The notes beneath the pieces were generated by a model that did no database searches, had not been told where the DNA came from, and saw only the letters and a program-made list of their open reading frames with translations. From assembly GCA_034440375.1 (NCBI GenBank), contig JAWXBZ010000064.1, positions 1-29,807 of the forward strand: DNA of 29,807 bases, in the 5' to 3' direction. Shown in pieces: positions 28,129 to 29,807 of this stretch; positions within the stretch are counted from its first letter, which is position 1; each line of letters begins with the position of its first letter. The position numbers and the translations under genes are program-made. The DNA is from Candidatus Eiseniibacteriota bacterium. Its GTDB lineage: Bacteria > Eisenbacteria > RBG-16-71-46 > JABDJR01 > JAWXBZ01.

Positions 28129-28171
28129 GCTGCGAACGCCACCCGGCGCGAACGTGTCGACGGCCCCGCCA

Positions 28172-28201
28172 TTGACGCTGCAAATAAAGTCATGATAGCG
28201 T
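28172..28201 (+). promoter_or_regulatory. Candidate sigma70 promoter for the tRNA pair
   Basis: TTGACG (28172-28177), 18 nt ending TGA, then TAGCGT (28196-28201) as an extended -10. Confidence 0.5.
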
Positions 28202-28260
28202 TCCCCGCTTTCCAAACGGACGTCTGGCACGGTGGCCCGCTGCGGCCAAACGGTCTTTTC

Positions 28261-28336
28261 GGGCCCTTAGCTCAGCGGTTAGAGCAGCCGGCTCATAACC
28301 GGTCGGTCCCAGGTTCAAATCCTGGAGGGCCCACCA
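28261..28336 (+). tRNA. tRNA with CAT anticodon, probably tRNA-Ile2 (lysidine type)
   Basis: 76-nt cloverleaf GGGCCCT/AGGGCCC-ACCA; anticodon arm GCCGG-CTCATAA-CCGGT. Paired 1:72 and no GGG/CCC anticodon stem, so not fMet. Sequence and position after rpoD resemble ileX. Confidence 0.93.
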
Positions 28337-28348
28337 GTGTCGATCGCG

Positions 28349-28428
28349 TCGGGTGTACCAGTAACCCACCTCGGGTGTATCAATATCCCGCCTCGGGTGT
28401 ACCGGTATCCCGCCTCGGGCATACCAAG
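28349..28428. repeat. 22-bp tandem repeat, about 3.5 copies, between two tRNAs
   Basis: TCGGGTGTACCAGTAACCCACC / TCGGGTGTATCAATATCCCGCC / TCGGGTGTACCGGTATCCCGCC / TCGGGCATACCAAG. Confidence 0.92.
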
Positions 28429-28441
28429 CTCCGCGTTCTTC

Positions 28442-28517
28442 GGGCGATTAGCTCAGTTGGTAGAGCACTCGCTTCACATGCGAGGGGTCACAGGTTCGAG
28501 TCCTGTATCGCCCACCA
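28442..28517 (+). tRNA. tRNA-Val (CAC)
   Basis: GGGCGAT/ATCGCCC-ACCA; anticodon arm CTCGC-TTCACAT-GCGAG; T arm ACAGG-TTCGAGT-CCTGT; 76 nt. Confidence 0.97.
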
Positions 28518-28589
28518 TTCATGACGGCCGGGATGATCGATCCCGGATTGATGGGGTTCCGCGAGCCTTCAGACTGGAAGGATGGCTTC

Positions 28590-29312
28590 TTGACGATTGA
28601 CGTCCGGCTCCTCTGGGATCTGCAGACGAAGACCACCGATGCGCTGGCCATCGAGGAGGACCTGACCCGGATGCCCCAGCGCCTATCGCAGGCGAGGGGC
28701 GATCAGGCGATCCGCGAAAATGAACAGAAGGCCATCGAGGCCGAGAAACAGGCGCTGGTTCTAAAGCGCCGTGGGCTCGAAAAAGAGATTGAGGTCTTCG
28801 AGCAGAAGATCAGGGAGAACCTGAATCGCCAGGGTCAGGCCAAGACCAACGCGGAACTCGAAGCCTTCAAGAAGGAAGGGGTCTACCTCCGGGATCAGCG
28901 GTCGGCTCTCGAAACGCAGGTGCTTGGCATGTTCGATACCGAGGCCGGCTTCGATTCCAGGATCACCGAGGCGAAGGAGCGGGTGGCGAAGGCCAGAGGG
29001 GTCTCCGATCAGCGGGCCAGGGAACTGGGAGAGAAGGAAGCCGGCTTGAAGGCCGAATGGGACGAGGTTCGTGCGGCCTGCGCCGCGATGGCCGCCCGGC
29101 TGCCGCCCAACGTGGCCAGCCGCTTCGACCAGCTGGCCCGGGCCAAGGCCGGCGTTGCAGTTGTCACCGTCCAGCGCGGTGCCTGCGGCGGCTGCTTCAA
29201 CTCGCTGCCGCCACAGTTCGTGAATGAAGTTCGGAAGTCCGACAAGATCAATGTCTGCGAAAGCTGCGGGCGGATCATCATCTCGCTGGACCCGCCGACG
29301 GCCGGCGAGTAA
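28590..29312 (+). CDS. Coiled-coil protein with C4-type zinc ribbon (DUF164/CT398-like)
   Basis: LLWDLQ..D, long coiled coil, GVAVV..GACGGCFNSLPPQ..CESCGRII. Probable TTG start at 28590 after GGAAGGA; the ORF is open from 28521. Confidence 0.92.
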   Translation: MTIDVRLLWDLQTKTTDALAIEEDLTRMPQRLSQARGDQAIRENEQKAIEAEKQALVLKRRGLEKEIEVFEQKIRENLNRQGQAKTNAELEAFKKEGVYLRDQRSALETQVLGMFDTEAGFDSRITEAKERVAKARGVSDQRARELGEKEAGLKAEWDEVRAACAAMAARLPPNVASRFDQLARAKAGVAVVTVQRGACGGCFNSLPPQFVNEVRKSDKINVCESCGRIIISLDPPTAGE

Positions 29313-29361
29313 GTGTGAGGGACGCAGTCTCCGGCCCAGGCGATGCGGCCGCGAGAAGGCT

Positions 29362-29807
29362 GTGGCACCCGGCAGCAGCGCCGTGACGCCCGGTCCCATC
29401 CCCGCGATCCCGGGTCCGAGCCCCGCGACCCCCGGTCCGAGCCCCGCCGCCCCGCGCTCCTACCAGGTTTTCACCGACGGCGCTTCCCGTGGCAACCCCG
29501 GCCACGCGGGTGTCGGGATCGTCATCCTCGACGATGCCGGCGATTCGATACTGGAATGCCATGAGTATATTGGCCATTCGACGAACAACGTGGCGGAGTA
29601 CCGCGCGCTGCTCCTGGCCATGGAACGCCTGCTGGCGCTCCCGGCGGCACCCGCCGTCTTTCATCTCGATTCCGAACTCGTCGTCCGCCAGCTCAATGGC
29701 CAGTACAAGGTCAAGGACGAGAAGATGAAACAGCTGTTCGAACAGGTCCGTCGGCAGCTGACGAAACTGACCGGCGCCAAATTCGTGCACGTCACCCGCG
29801 ACAAGAA
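29362..29807 (+). CDS. Ribonuclease HI family protein, partial (runs off the window; not in the ORF track)
   Basis: VFTDGASRGNPGHAGVG, TNNVAEYRAL, LDSELVVRQLNGQYKVK, HVTR. GTG start at 29362 or 29383; Pro-rich 21-bp repeats at the N-terminus. Confidence 0.95.
   Translation, partial: MAPGSSAVTPGPIPAIPGPSPATPGPSPAAPRSYQVFTDGASRGNPGHAGVGIVILDDAGDSILECHEYIGHSTNNVAEYRALLLAMERLLALPAAPAVFHLDSELVVRQLNGQYKVKDEKMKQLFEQVRRQLTKLTGAKFVHVTRDK

Noticed and set aside
28261-28517. Prophage or island integration at the tRNAs
   Set aside because: No integrase, no duplicated tRNA 3' end seen, and the flanking genes are housekeeping.

Overview
GC-rich bacterial chromosome window, mostly a housekeeping backbone on the + strand. 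Order: end of a RidA-like gene, tRNA-Sec (selC), a DUF5683-like membrane protein, lepA, lepB, hemW, an ICMT/PEMT-type methyltransferase with an in-frame TGA, a partial complex I cluster (nuoB-nuoD-nuoG-nuoI only), an EamA transporter, nrnA, CIRCE-hrcA-grpE-dnaJ-rsmE (no dnaK), rpsU-mutS2-dnaG-rpoD, tRNA-Ile2(CAT), tRNA-Val(CAC), a C4 zinc-ribbon protein and a partial RNase HI. Two minus-strand blocks interrupt it. The first is a large HNH endonuclease between lepB and hemW, with an inverted pair of the same 20-bp quasi-palindrome near its two ends; this is the best candidate for an undescribed element. The second is a two-gene unit: a secreted protein ending in a TWxxIK-type motif and a Cys-Cys outer-membrane barrel. 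Short local tandem duplications are frequent. The lineage is possibly Eisenbacteria/Krumholzibacteriota/Latescibacterota-like, which is an inference from the TWxxIK tail. All calls come from motif recognition by eye; no searches were run.
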